Positions 27,247 to 41,049 of a stretch of DNA of 64,000 nucleotides are shown in pieces. The notes beneath the pieces are model-generated. The model did not search any database and had not been told where the DNA came from. It saw only the letters and a program-made list of their open reading frames with translations. The stretch is taken from assembly GCF_009914755.1 (NCBI RefSeq), contig NC_060941.1. The stretch is one strand, 5' to 3'. The stretch's first letter is position 1. Each line of letters opens with the position of its first letter. Source of the DNA: the human T2T-CHM13v2.0 reference genome, Homo sapiens. A program made the position numbers and the translations under genes.

Positions 27247-28643
27247 AGAGCCCCAAAAGACAACAAGAACCCACTGCCCCCTAACATTTGCATGATTGAC
27301 AAGAATTATCATGATTGACAAGAAAGAAGAGACACAGCTGCTCTGTCACTTAAGAGAGAGGGAGTAAGATGCCTGAGAAGAAGGCCTGATCAACAACTTC
27401 AGAGGGATGGAAAAATAATTGAGAGAAGACCAGAAAGGTGACCACCTCATGAGCGAAGATTTGAAAAGCCACTTGAAGAAAAGGAAGAAGGAGAAGCTTC
27501 AGTTGATAGGTTGATTAGTGACCTCTCATTGATAGACTGATTACTGGCCTTCCTGGTGGAGGCCATGGGGGTCTTGGAAGAGGTCGAGGGGGCGGTGGGC
27601 GTGGAGTGGCCAGGAAGATGGGTTTGATTCTCCTGGCACTCATGAGTATGATATAAGAGCAGTGCAAGCCACACAGCTGGCCTGAAGCACCAGGACAGAC
27701 ATGTGGGCGGCAGATGTCACAACTGGGGAACTGTCAAAGGTGGATTAACAGAGTCCCCAAAATTTACATTCAGAAACAATTATCTTATCATTGCAGTGAC
27801 TTGCATCAATCAAATATAACTAAGGAAACCCTTGAAGGTGAAGAACATGCGGTGGCAGGCATTGAAAAGGAGGAGAATGAAGCTGAGGAGGTAAAGGCTA
27901 AGGCTCCAAAAGGGATGACTTTGAGTGAGTGGAAGGCTGTCCAACATAAGGACTGGGCGGAGGTAGAATTTCATGTCTGAAAACCACGTGAAGATGGAAG
28001 AAGTTGGTTCTTCATAAACCAAAGAGTGAAAAGGCTCATGCTGAAGATTTGATTGTAGACCATCATTTCCAGAAGCCAGCAAATGATATAGTGTTCTGAT
28101 ATAATGTCTCAGCTGGAGATTAATTCTGGAGACCTTGGCCACCCAGGACAGTGGTGGCAGGGTAGGATGCCATGGACCTGGGCATGGTGGATGTCAGAAC
28201 CATGGCAGCAGGATCCACAAGGCAGTTGCTTCTGCTCTTGACATGATGACCCAAAGGTACCCCCAGCTCTGGCTTACCTGGATGCCCTTAGACAACCCTG
28301 GTTCCTTTGCAGACTCTCCTCTTTAAAGCTGTTGCATGTTTAGTGCTTACAAATGACTAAGAAATGTTTTAAAAAGAAGATTGCTATTCATTCCATTCAC
28401 ACCTAAAGACTCAATTTTATCTGTTTTAGAAATGAACTTCTCTCGCTACACAGAAGTAACAAATATGGTAGTCAGTTTTGTATTTAGAAATGTGTTGGTA
28501 GCAGAAATGTTTTCATAATTTTCAGAGATTATGCATTTTTCATGAATGCTTCTGCATTGCTGCTTTAAAATACGCATTTCCAAATTTAAAATATGCATTT
28601 CCAAATTTAAAATATCGCTGTGAATGGTTGAAAAAAATAAGGG

Positions 28644-28959
28644 GGCTGGATGCTGTGGCTCATGGTTGTAATCCCAGCACTCTGGGAGACCAAGGTGGGC
28701 AGATCACCTGAGGTCGGGAGTTTGAGACCAGCAGAGCCAACATGGCGAAACCCCTTCTCTACCAAAAAATACAAAAATAAGCTGGGTGTGGTGGTGCATG
28801 CCTGTAATCCCAACTACTTGGAGGCTGAGGCATGAGAATTGCTTGAAACCGGGAGGTTGCAGTCAGCCGAGATTGCGCCACTGCACTCCAGCCGGGGTGA
28901 CAGAGCGAGACTCTGTCTCAAAAAAAAAAAAAATAAAAAATAAAAAATAAAAATAATAA
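28644..28959 (+). mobile_element. AluS inserted in the retrocopy poly(A) tail
   Basis: Full dimer with an A-rich tail. Confidence 0.92.
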
Positions 28960-29074
28960 AAAAGCCTTTCAAGTTAATTCTATATTCTGAGCATTTTGTC
29001 ATACATAAAAATATTTTTCTCTATAACATGGATTTTAGTATGAGTGTTATGTAGTTAACTAGCTATAGTTCTGA

Positions 29075-29452
<378 letters not shown>

Positions 29453-29851
29453 TGTTGCTGTTATTTCCAAAAATATATAACCTAGATTGTGAATTGCAGG
29501 ACCAAGTGACTATTTGTAAGACTTCTGATGAATACTACACAATTGTCCTCTAGAAAGAGTCTGTCCATTTTATCCCCACAAGCAGCTCCTCTTGTTTTTA
29601 ATATGCTGGTGTTGATTTATTTTTAAGCAACGTGGATAATTTAGGCTATAAAACCCCATAAAGCATCAAAACGTGGAAAGAAATATCTATCCTCCTCCAA
29701 TTTTATTGACGAGGGCTTAGAAGATCTCTAGGAATAGCATTCTTACATACAGTTACTTAAGGAATGGAGAGGGCACTCACACTCACTGGGTCTACAATTT
29801 TCAATTTTGAAAGTGGGGAAATAATCTTAACTGTATTTGTTCTCTTTACAG

Positions 29852-29932
29852 CAGGATGCTCATGGGCTCCCAGGCGACAGCGTGAAGAGACACAACAAAC
29901 GAAATCTCATTGTAGGAGAAACATTAACAAAG
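29852..29932 (+). other. Candidate 81-nt internal exon (probably lncRNA)
   Basis: Branch-like CTTAAC, TGTATTTGTTCTCTTTACAG|CAG acceptor and AAG|GTGAGG donor. Confidence 0.35.
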
Positions 29933-30399
29933 GTGAGGAATGTCCTTTGGAAAATAAAATTTTTGAAGGATCCTAGACACAACACAGGGTACAACCAGTG
30001 AGTATCTCCATGTCCTACAGTGGGATTAACATTTGAAATTCTTGGACTGGAGGAGAACTTGTTTTCTGCTATGGGAAATAAAGAACTCTCCTCTGTTGAT
30101 AAACTGCCATTTACTTAATGTACATTGTGACCTGCCAGTTTACCGCATTTAAATTAAATTGCAAGATTTATGAGATAGAACATTAAAATTATAAAAATAG
30201 TGATGAAAAGGATGGCAAAACTGCACTTATGTATGCACCAACCTAATGAAACTATCAAAATTGTAATTCTGTTTACCAAAGGTAACCAGAACTAAAGCTT
30301 CATACCCAAAACAATTTCAAACTAATATAGTGGGATGAAGAAGACTTCTAAGCATCCTTAGCCAAGTAATGAAGAGAATCGATGTAAACATGATACAAT

Positions 30400-30620
30400 A
30401 TGAAGGAAAGTGTCTAGCCTTTGGAAGATGACGGACCTGGATTTAAATCTCAGCTATGTGAAACTGCATGCATTCCATAACTTCTCGGAGCTTCAGTTTT
30501 CTAACATATTAAATGTGTATAAATGTTCTCTTGTCTTTTTTCCTTTAATTTATAAGGATTTGGGGGATAAAGTATGCAATGGGCTGAATGTAGGATAAAA
30601 TATTCAATAAATCATAATTA
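30400..30620 (+). mobile_element. MIR
   Basis: GACCTGGATTTAAATCTCAGCT...AACTTCTCGGAGCTTCAGTTTTC. Confidence 0.6.
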
Positions 30621-31530
30621 CTGTCATTAGAATTAAGTGTAAAATTGCAGAGAAATATAAATATATTTCCTGAGTTTTTTCACCACTCTCCTGTCCGTTG
30701 GCAAATCTCAAGTTTTAAGAGTATGTCTGGAGTCATCATATAGCCCAATAAATATTTAATTCATTTAGTTTTATTCAAATCCCCAATAATTATGAGAGGT
30801 GTATTGCATTGGGCTAGGTCCTAGGGTTACAGAGATAAACAATTCACAATTTTACTCTATGGGGCAGTCTTTTCTAGGAGAACCAAAAATTAGAGTATAT
30901 ATAATAACTGTCCAAAGACTGAGAAAAGTCTCCACTTATTCATACAACTCTCAAGCTAATAATCAATTACTTCTCCATAGTCTCCCTGCTTTCTAGACGA
31001 AATATAACTAATCATTTATCTCTCCTTACATGGAAACTCCAAGATCTGTTTCCTTATTTTTCTAGACATTCTCTAGCCTTTGCCAACAGTGCCATGACTT
31101 TCATTTTGAAGACTGGTATGTACAAAGTGTATGACCCACTTTTGAATTAAGAATTATAAAGGAATTCTTAATGACCTGGGAGCAGATTATTGGAATTAAA
31201 GATTATCCATGGACATTTTGCTTTTAAATTCATAGTAATATTTTCATTGGTTCTGCTAATTATGCAGTTTGTGGAAACAAACGGGATATTTACTTAAGGT
31301 TAGACTAGGGAGTAGAAAAATTTTCAAAGGCCAAAATAAGTATCTCTGGCCCTAGGGAAAGTGTAAAACAGCAACATTTGCAAAAGACTGCTTTTCTCTT
31401 CAGGTTGGTGGTTTGGAATAATCAATCTCAGAAGTGATATATAAATAATTTCTTTTACAGAAATAAGAGAAGAGCTAAGCATAAAGGCAAAATGAGAAAG
31501 GTGACTTTTCCTCATTAAACTTCATTACAT

Positions 31531-31851
<321 letters not shown>

Positions 31852-32209
31852 AAACTTCATTACATGAATCATTAGATTATTTTAAGAACTGAAAAAAAAA
31901 ATCCACATATCACATCACTACCATCATATTCAAATAAAAACTCCAAAAATCAAATGGAACCATTTGAAAAGTGTTCTCTCTTTAGAGTTAACTGTGGTGT
32001 CCCTCCCCTGTACCTCTACCCTTTTTTTCCCCCTACCCATTAGTGTGAATAACTGATAGTTGACTGTGTAAAATATCAGGTGAGGTTTGGTGTCCTTAGG
32101 ACATAGAGTATACAAAGTGCCATGGTTAGTCATAAAGAAGACAAGACACTCCTTCCTTCCCTTCTATGAGTGAAAACACTGCATAATAGAGACAACTTTG
32201 ACATTTTAA

Positions 32210-32241
<32 letters not shown>

Positions 32242-32300
32242 TTTTTGAGATGGAACCTCCCTCTATCATCCAGGCTGGAGTGCAGTGGCGCAATCGTGGC
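32210..32300 (-). mobile_element. Alu 3' fragment
   Basis: Poly-T plus GAGATGG...CAGGCTGGAGTGCAGTGGCGCAATC, then homology stops. Confidence 0.85.
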
Positions 32301-32780
32301 TTCCAAATCCTGCCTTCTTGGGCCTTTTATGGAGACTTTATTGGATAGGCATGATTGACCACTGTGTGGAAATGTGATTGGACAGAAAGAGCACGATCTT
32401 ACACTAATGGACTGAGTGGGGAAACCCAGCAAGTCCTGTCTGTTCCGATTCTTCTTGGTCTCTGTGCATTGTTCCTTCCTCTAGGGTATGGGGCAGGACC
32501 CCTTCTGAAATGGGGGTCTTATGGCCCACAATCAGACAAGGTGGGTCAGATAATTTCTTTATGGCCAGCTCCAAGATGGAAAGGTAAGGGAAGATTCCTG
32601 CCATGGGGAGAAAAAGAAACAGGTGAAAAGAGAGTGGGAGATGGTCAGGGAGAGAGATTCTGTTTTCTAAGGCTTAAAATTCCCCAACATTATAGAAAGC
32701 GCTGTAAGAGCTATGAGGCATGAATCATTAACAAATATCCAGATTCTCTATGTCTATGTCTATATTATAATATCAAAACA
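32301..32780 (-). mobile_element. MER21-family LTR (partial)
   Basis: TTTTATGGAGACTTTATTGGATAGGCATGATTG...GACTGAGTGGGGAAACCCAGCAAG...TATAATATCA. Confidence 0.6.
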
Positions 32781-33258
32781 TCTGTACATTTTCCTTTAAA
32801 TAAAGGAACATATCTATATGCTTAATATATGCTTTTTACCATTTATCTGCATAATTCCTTCTACCATAAATAATGTTTTCCTAATTCATATCCCTGCCGA
32901 AAATTAAAAGAAAAACAATGGAGTCAGTGTTGTTAAATAATTTATTTAAATGACATCATAATCCAGCGCTAAGATAAATGCTCTAAAATCCTGAAATGTG
33001 GGTGAATCTGTTGCTTGGTTTGCAGAAATATCTTGTTTCCAAATTCTGTAGACGCTGGCTGAACAGGAGGAGAGACAGACAGAGAGGGAAATAGAGAGCA
33101 AGACAGAGAAACATAAGGAGAGACACACAAAGACAGACAGAATAGAGATCAGGATGCAGCATCATTAGAAAAATACTTCTAAAATACTGGGAGAAATCCC
33201 TTTGCTACGGATGCTATCGCAAACATCTTTTGGGTAATATAAAAAACATTAATACATC

Positions 33259-33630
<372 letters not shown>

Positions 33631-34221
33631 TCAGGGTTTTTTTTTTTTTTCGTTGTTTTTCCTGAAGCAGTACCTATGTGGTTTCACTGAAGAGAAGCAT
33701 GACCTTGTTCTTTAGCAGACCATGTTGGAAATTCAGGGAAAAGGTGCCAAGGATTTCTTAGAAATGTATTTCATGGTACAGTATCAAGGGGCAGTATTTA
33801 TTTTGGATATGCTTCCACTGAAGAATTGAGATGCTGTGGGGGAATTTTGTTGTTTCCGCATATAATGTTAATGGTCCTAAATTAATTACAACTCTAAAGT
33901 TAAAAGGTTCGAATGCCTTAATGGTTCTTTTTTTGTTTTCAAAATTCTAGAGGGATTTGGCTCTGAACAAATCCTGCTCCTCACCTATCAAAGGATCCAG
34001 TGTGTTTTAATTCTGTTACTCACCCAAACGTGTATTTCTTTTTCTTTCTCTGCTCGATCTCTCCTAAAGAAATACTGCCAATCGAAAACAAATTGGGTTC
34101 AAAAATCTATGAAATAAATTAGTCTGCAAATGATGCTTTAGGAATTAAGCCAGTGTTTTACGGGAAAGGAAAGATGTTTACCTACTGTGATCCCTCTCAT
34201 AAAAAAAAAAATTAAAATGTT

Positions 34222-34395
34222 GGCCAGGTGCGGTGGCTCACGCCTGTAATCCCAGTACTTTGGGAGGCTGAGGCGAGCAGATCACCCAAGGTCAGGAGTT
34301 CAACACCAGCCTGGCCAACATGGTAAAACCCCCATCTCTACTAAAAATACAAAAAAAATTAGCCAAGCATAGTGGCACGTACCTGTAATCCCAGC
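34222..34395 (+). mobile_element. AluS truncated at its 3' end (no tail)
   Basis: Homology ends at TGTAATCCCAGC in the right arm. Confidence 0.9.
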
Positions 34396-35569
34396 CCTGA
34401 CCTCAGACCCTCCACACTTTGGAATGATTTAGAAGTGTCATCTATGACACCCCAGATAGGGAACTGCTTGAGCCCCAGCTCTTAATTTCCCTTCTTTGAA
34501 GCACTTTTTGGTCCTTTCTCCAAGTGTGGGGTGGAACAGATAGCCCTGTGGAATAATCTGGGCCCTAGGTGTAGGGAGCGCTGAATTCAGGAGGACCTAG
34601 CAGGTGGATATTTTGCATCTCAATTACTGTCTTGCTTTCACCTCTTTGTTTACTATCATTCTTGACAATTCTGATATCCATCTAAATGAACCACCAACAG
34701 CCCACCAATTCCTTCACTTCTTTAGATTCTACAATGTTTCTTCTCTCATTTCACTAAAAAAGCCATTGACTCACATGGTCACACTCAAGACTTTTAATCA
34801 CCAGTAACTACACCAATTTGAAAATCTTAATTTCAAACCCTGCTGCTTTGACCATCCATCTACTACTAGTCATTTCACTTACTCTGCTTCTCTCACTCCA
34901 GAAATTGACTGATTCACCCATACCTCCAAGCCATCAAAAGCATTATGTTTTCTGTATGCATAAAATCCCTTTGCATCTGAGTCTTCATTTCCCTTTTTAA
35001 ACAACCATCCTCCATGGTCTAGTACTATAACCAGTCCCTTGCATATACTCTGAATTCCTATGCTCCTCTGTGCTTCAGTGAAATGTTGGCAATATCTATC
35101 CCTAATTAACCCAATCAATCATTTACTCAATGCCTAGATCTGAAAATCTGAATACTCTTTGAAGTAACACACGTAACAACTTCATGACCACAAATACCAG
35201 AGAAGCCTCTCACATTTCCAGACAATTTTAGCATTTTAATCTAATTATTTTCCCTTCTCAAAGGTGACATTTCTCCACTGTCTCTTTCCTGAAATTTTTC
35301 TCATTCTCAGCTGAAAATTTGATTCATATTTAATAAAATAGATCCAATCCAGTGCCTTATCTTATTACAGCTACATCCACCAAACTACCTGCATCTGTAT
35401 CACATGTTGTGTCATCTCTCTCTTTAAAATCTATGAACTTTCTCTGCTCTTATCTAAGAGCATGGATACTCTGGATCCATACTTTCATACCTTGTTAGGA
35501 CCTCACTCCTAGAACTCCCTCCTTTTACTTCTGTCTCACCTTCTAATGGTTCATTTACATTAGTACTCA

Positions 35570-36027
35570 TGTAGCAGGACAAGTTGCAGACAAAACCCCT
35601 CAGACACCGAGTTAAGGAAGGAAGGGCTTCATTTAGCCGGGAGCTTCAGCAAGACTCACATCTCCAACAACCAAGCTCCCCAAGTAAGCAATTCCTGTCC
35701 CTTTTAAGGGCTCACAACTCTAAGTGGGTCTGTGTGAGAGGGTCGTGATCGATTGAGCAAGCAGGGGGTACGTGACCGGGGGCTGCATGCACCGGTAATT
35801 AGAACAGAACGGGACATGGATTTTCACAGTGCTTTTCTATACAATGTCTGTAATCTATAGATAACATAACCGATTAGGTCAGGGGTCGATCTTTAACTAC
35901 CAGGCCCAGGGTGTGGCGGCAGGCTATCTGCTTGTGGATTTCATTTCTGCCTTTTAGTTTTTACTTCTTCTTTCTTTGGAGGCAGAAATTGAGCATAAGA
36001 CAATATGAGGGGTGGTCTCCTCCCTTA
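35570..36027 (-). mobile_element. LTR2 (HERV-E) solo LTR
   Basis: The right end is the reverse complement of TAAGGGAGGAGACCACCCCTCATATTGTCTTATG; 4-bp TSD CTCA at 35566-35569 and 36028-36031. Confidence 0.92.
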
Positions 36028-37108
36028 CTCAAATATGCCTTAATATCACCCACCTTTAAAAGAAATTTCATAAACTCCAACATCTACCTTCAGTTACTAT
36101 TCCATTTCTCCATTTCATTTGCTAGAAACGGCCATCCAAAGAGTTGTCTATAGTCTGATTCCTACTTCCTCAGCTTCTGTCCTGTGCTCAGATTTGCCAA
36201 ATGGACTTTCATTACCATCACACTATAAACATTTCTCATAATAATGTTACAGACAAAATTCATCCTTTGGAAGATGATGTTCATTCTCCATGTTCATTCT
36301 AAATTACCTTTTAACGTCAGTGGCCCAGCAGCAGATGACCAGTCCCTCCTTCCTGAAACTCTTTGTTCTCTAGGTTTTTTTCAACCCCAACGCTCACCTT
36401 GCTTGATTTTCTACCTCTTCTTATCACCCTTTCTTCCTCTCTTTTATTTGCCCCTTCTCCCTTACCAAACCTCAACATATTAGAATGTCCCAGAGCTCCC
36501 TCCTCATGCCTTCCTCTCTTTTACAGCTTTACCTAAATCTCAGGATAAAGAATCTCAAATTTTGATCTCCAGACCTGTCCCCTGAGCTCCAGAGTCCTCT
36601 ATCCAACTACGTACTTGAGAATTCTGCTAGGATACTGAATTTCCATCTCAACAGAATGCCATCAAAAAGCAACATATTCATTTTCACTCAGAAGGTTCTT
36701 CCAAAGTTTTTTAGACATTTTAGTAAACAACATTACCACCACTTTGTCATGTAGAAGTAGAATCTAAAGACATTTCCCTGGTTCTGTTCCCTTCATCATG
36801 CAAAACATCTACTCCATGAATGAGTCACATCGCCTCTGCCTCCAAAATATTTTGTAAATCCAAACACTTTCTATCATCATACTGCTAAAATTGCTGAACA
36901 AGGTCAGTCATCTGTTACCTGGATTATTGTGACTTATCCAGTTACGCTAGTTAAGCTTTCTAACTCGTCTCTCTACCTTTGGTCTTGCTACCGCTGCCTT
37001 CAATGCTACCCATCTCAATATTCTCTTCACATAGCAACAAGAATATTTTTTTTTCTTTCCAAATTGGGAGTGTTCTCACATCCTTACCCTGCTTAAAATC
37101 TTCTAATT

Positions 37109-37430
<322 letters not shown>

Positions 37431-38839
37431 ATCCTTCTAATTGTTTACAATCAGATTATCCAGACTCCTCAGTATGGCTTACAAGACACTGGATGAACTG
37501 AAACTTGTCTACCCATCTGTCCTCTACTATCTCAATTCTTCCTACGTTTGTTATGCATATGCTACAGTGTCTCCCTTCTGATTTAAATTTGGCATATCCA
37601 TTATTGTCTCTGGACTTTGCATTTGCCATTTCTCTGCCTGGGGCACTTCGTTATCTGAAATTTCCTTGGCTGCCTGCTTCTTATCATTGAGGTCTCAAAT
37701 CATAGCTAACCTTTTTAGGGATACCTTTCCTGACCACTTTAGTTAAAGCGGACACCTGATCTCTATCTCATCACCCTATTTTTATTTCTTTATCACCCTT
37801 TTTTTATTTCTTATCAATAGTTGGAATTCATATCTTACTCATTTTTTGTTCATTTTTAGTATCTCCTCTTAAACCCAACTGAAAAGCAAGCTACTGGAAT
37901 GCTTCATTCACGGTTGTATCCTAAAACCTAGTAAGGAAATTGCCATTTTGGTAAAAACTTACCAAAGCTGTTTAGTGGACTAGCTATATCCACCTCCGCT
38001 GAGATCTAAACTGCTCAGCATGCCTCACAGATTATAGCAAACTTTAATGCACTCTCATCGGCTGACTACAGGCAAGTAATCAGTAACAACGCAACTCACT
38101 GCTTCTAACAGTTTTCCATAGATTAATATAGGATGTCTCTACCTCACAGGGCAGACTGTGCCAGGAAGTCATACACTGGGTCCAGTCTGGTTGAGTCAAA
38201 CTAAGGTACCTGGGGTTTTGGTTTTGTTTTGTTTTGTTTTTCATTTATTGTGGAGCACCGATGACAGTGCATATTAATAGAGGACCTCAGTGCCTCTGGG
38301 GTCTTGGAAAGCAACCTGGTCATATGAAAGAGTCCTCTGTCCCTCCTTTCCTGAGTGTCAATCTTTAATTTAGAAGAAAAGAAAAGTACAGCTTTTTTAT
38401 TTGGCTGTATTAAAATTTATGGGGCAGGGTGGTTTTCAGGCTGCTGCTCCTGCCAGGCATTGCTCTGATGATGTATGACTGTGACATGTCACCAGTGTAG
38501 CCAGCCTCTGATGATCCATTGCAGCAGCAAGTCATTTGTCATACATCACTGCCTCGACAGCTGCCCCCATCTGGGCCTCTCCTATGTACTCCAGCAGGGA
38601 GTCCTGGCTTAAAACAAGCTCCGTGCTCCTTCTGCACTCCCACGGCCACTGCGTTTAGCATGTATTTCTTACCATTAGTGAGAGAAAAGAAAAATAATGG
38701 TTAGTGGCAAACTGCTGGAGTTTTAAAGGTAAAAGGTTTACATATTCTGCTGTCATAAGCCAAGAGCAAATAATGATGATTAGGAAGATGACTTGATACT
38801 TTCAGAATGCCACATTAATATAAAAGCACTCAAAAATAG

Positions 38840-39080
38840 TGATGTAGCATTCATTCTCTGCCAGCTATTCTTCTAAGGATTTTACATATATTAAGTAATT
38901 TAATCCTCTAAGAGTCCTTAAGAGATGGTATTATTATCGCCCATTTTACAGATTAAGAAAATGGGGTACAGAAAGATCAACCTGCCCACTGTCATCCAGC
39001 TCAGTAAACAGAAGAAACAGCATTTAGACCAAGTCAGCTGAAATCTGAAACCTTTGCTCTCAACCACTATGCCTTGCCGT
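38840..39080 (-). mobile_element. MIR, near full length
   Basis: TATTATTATCGCCCATTTTACAGATTAAGAAAATGGGGTACAGAAAG...GCTCTCAACCACTATGC. Confidence 0.8.
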
Positions 39081-41049
39081 ATATACTTTCAGACACGGTT
39101 CTAGTGGTTCTTCCCAGATGCTTATGTTGACCCCTGCATTCCAGGACCAAATAAACACACAGACACTATGCAGGCATTTTATTCAATTTGTAAAATGTAC
39201 TTGTTATTAATAATAATTATTATTAAAGATAATATCATTTAACAATTGCATGATAGATTCTAGGGCATATGATAGGTAGTTTGCTAATGTTATTAAGTTT
39301 CCCAACTTTGCAAGGTATTGTTCTATTTTCTTTTGTTTTGAATAGATGGATAGAGGAGTACATTAAAAAGTTACTGAAGATGTTTTCAAAACAAGCCATT
39401 TGCAAAAGGACTAAAGAGAGAAGACCAAACAATCAGGGACAGCTATAAATTGAAAAAGTGAATGAGTGACTGAAATTGATTTCTGTAGAATAGTTGAAAT
39501 GCCATTTGTATATATTTTAAATAAATAACTCAGTTAAAATCGATTTAAATGTCATTAAAACAGAGTTTATAGTATTTACTTTTCTATTCCAACTGAAAAT
39601 TAGTATTTAATGGCTGGGTTGGGAAGGACTCTTCACAGATTCATATCCTTTACAGTTCCTCGCATTCAATTACAACAGGTACATCTTTCTGTACCAAAAA
39701 GAAAAAAAAAAGGAAGCAAAGAATTATTATTATTAGGGGTTTTAATGCATGAAGCATAAATAAACGGATTCAAACACTGTAAAGGAGATAACCTTGGATT
39801 TTGAGTGTCTATTATCAATGTCCTTTATTTTAATTGTAATGAATTGGGGCTATGGGAGTAAAGACATTTTTCCTACCTGTTGATAATTTCATTACTTTCA
39901 ACAATTGTAGTAGATTCAATTTCAACTGAGGTAAGAATGTGCTATGAGCAAATACTTGTTTATTTCACTTATTGGAAAACAAAATTTGTTAATTATATTT
40001 TCTTTATATATTAACATGTATCATATATTAACATTTTCATAAATTATTACACATTTTTAATCAAATCTTTACATAAAGCACACACATATGCAAGCTTAGG
40101 AAAAGAATGAATGAATAAATGAACCACTGAATGGATTCATTTGAGGAATATTAGCATTTATTAATTTCCTTTCTAAGCTCTTAAATTAGAAAAACTTGAC
40201 AAGAAATATTTAAATATTGAAATAAGAGTTTTAAGAGTTTAAAAAAACTCTTAATTTCCAGTTACTAAATATTTCTCTTAAAATTATTGTGCTAAGAAAC
40301 CTTGCTCATTATGGAAAACAATACCCGTAGAATAAGGTGGCCCTGGAGCACTTTGCGGCATGGAAAAAGGAAGGGAAGAAAGGCCTAAGACTCTTATAAT
40401 TATTCAGTGAGTTCAACTACTTAAAATTTGCCTGGACTTCTCAGCTGTGGTTTCCACAGCATTTTAATAAACATTGCAACACAGGACTGGATTTCTTTTT
40501 AATTGAGCATTTCTGAACAGTCATCTTCCTCTTCCATCCATCAGCTCTGTTTATGTGTTGCCTCATTATCTTCAATTGCAGAGTGGTGTTCTGAATTCAG
40601 CTGGAGAAATAGCTACCGGCTGCCCCAGGTTCTCATAGAAGGCAAGAGACAGCCTTCTCACCAGCTCTAGCAATAAGAAGGGATCAGTGAATTACAAGTT
40701 TGCTTTCCCCACACCAAGGTTATTAGTCTGCTCTTCTTTAATTCTCACGTTCATTTGAACTTCACTCTTGTGTCTCTACTTTCTCATGGCCACTTCCGCT
40801 TAAATGTTCTACCATTGCTTGAAACTCCACATACTTCAAATTGAATTGATCCTATCCTGTTCTCCAAAAAGCCTACTTGATTTTCAGTTTTCTAAATATC
40901 TTCGATTTAAATGTCATTTTCTTTGATTCCCAAACCTTCTTTTTTTTTTTTTTTTTTTTTTACTCTTCATGTTCAGCAGTCACTGGATCCCATCATTTAT
41001 TTACTGTTCTTGAGAAAGTCTCTTAGATCAACTTTCCTTTCTGCTTCCC

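Larger units (their letters stand above)
26634..28640 (+). pseudogene. SERBP1: SERBP1 processed pseudogene (5'UTR part, full CDS, proximal 3'UTR), frameshifted and Alu-interrupted
   Basis: ATG at 26681 gives MARTLQESFGCMVTHQLDQLFDHELDP, similar to SERBP1 [27 protein letters not shown]; also [11 protein letters not shown]...[20 protein letters not shown]; intronless; parental stop changed to TAC at 28275-28277; 3'UTR match to ~28625. Confidence 0.95.

Noticed and set aside
26519-28326. ORFs with SERBP1-like peptides as a functional retrogene
   Set aside because: Frameshifts, stops, an Alu insertion and heavy CpG decay
38240-38262. RE1/REST-like GGAGCACCGATGACAGTGC
   Set aside because: Mismatches at key positions of both half-sites
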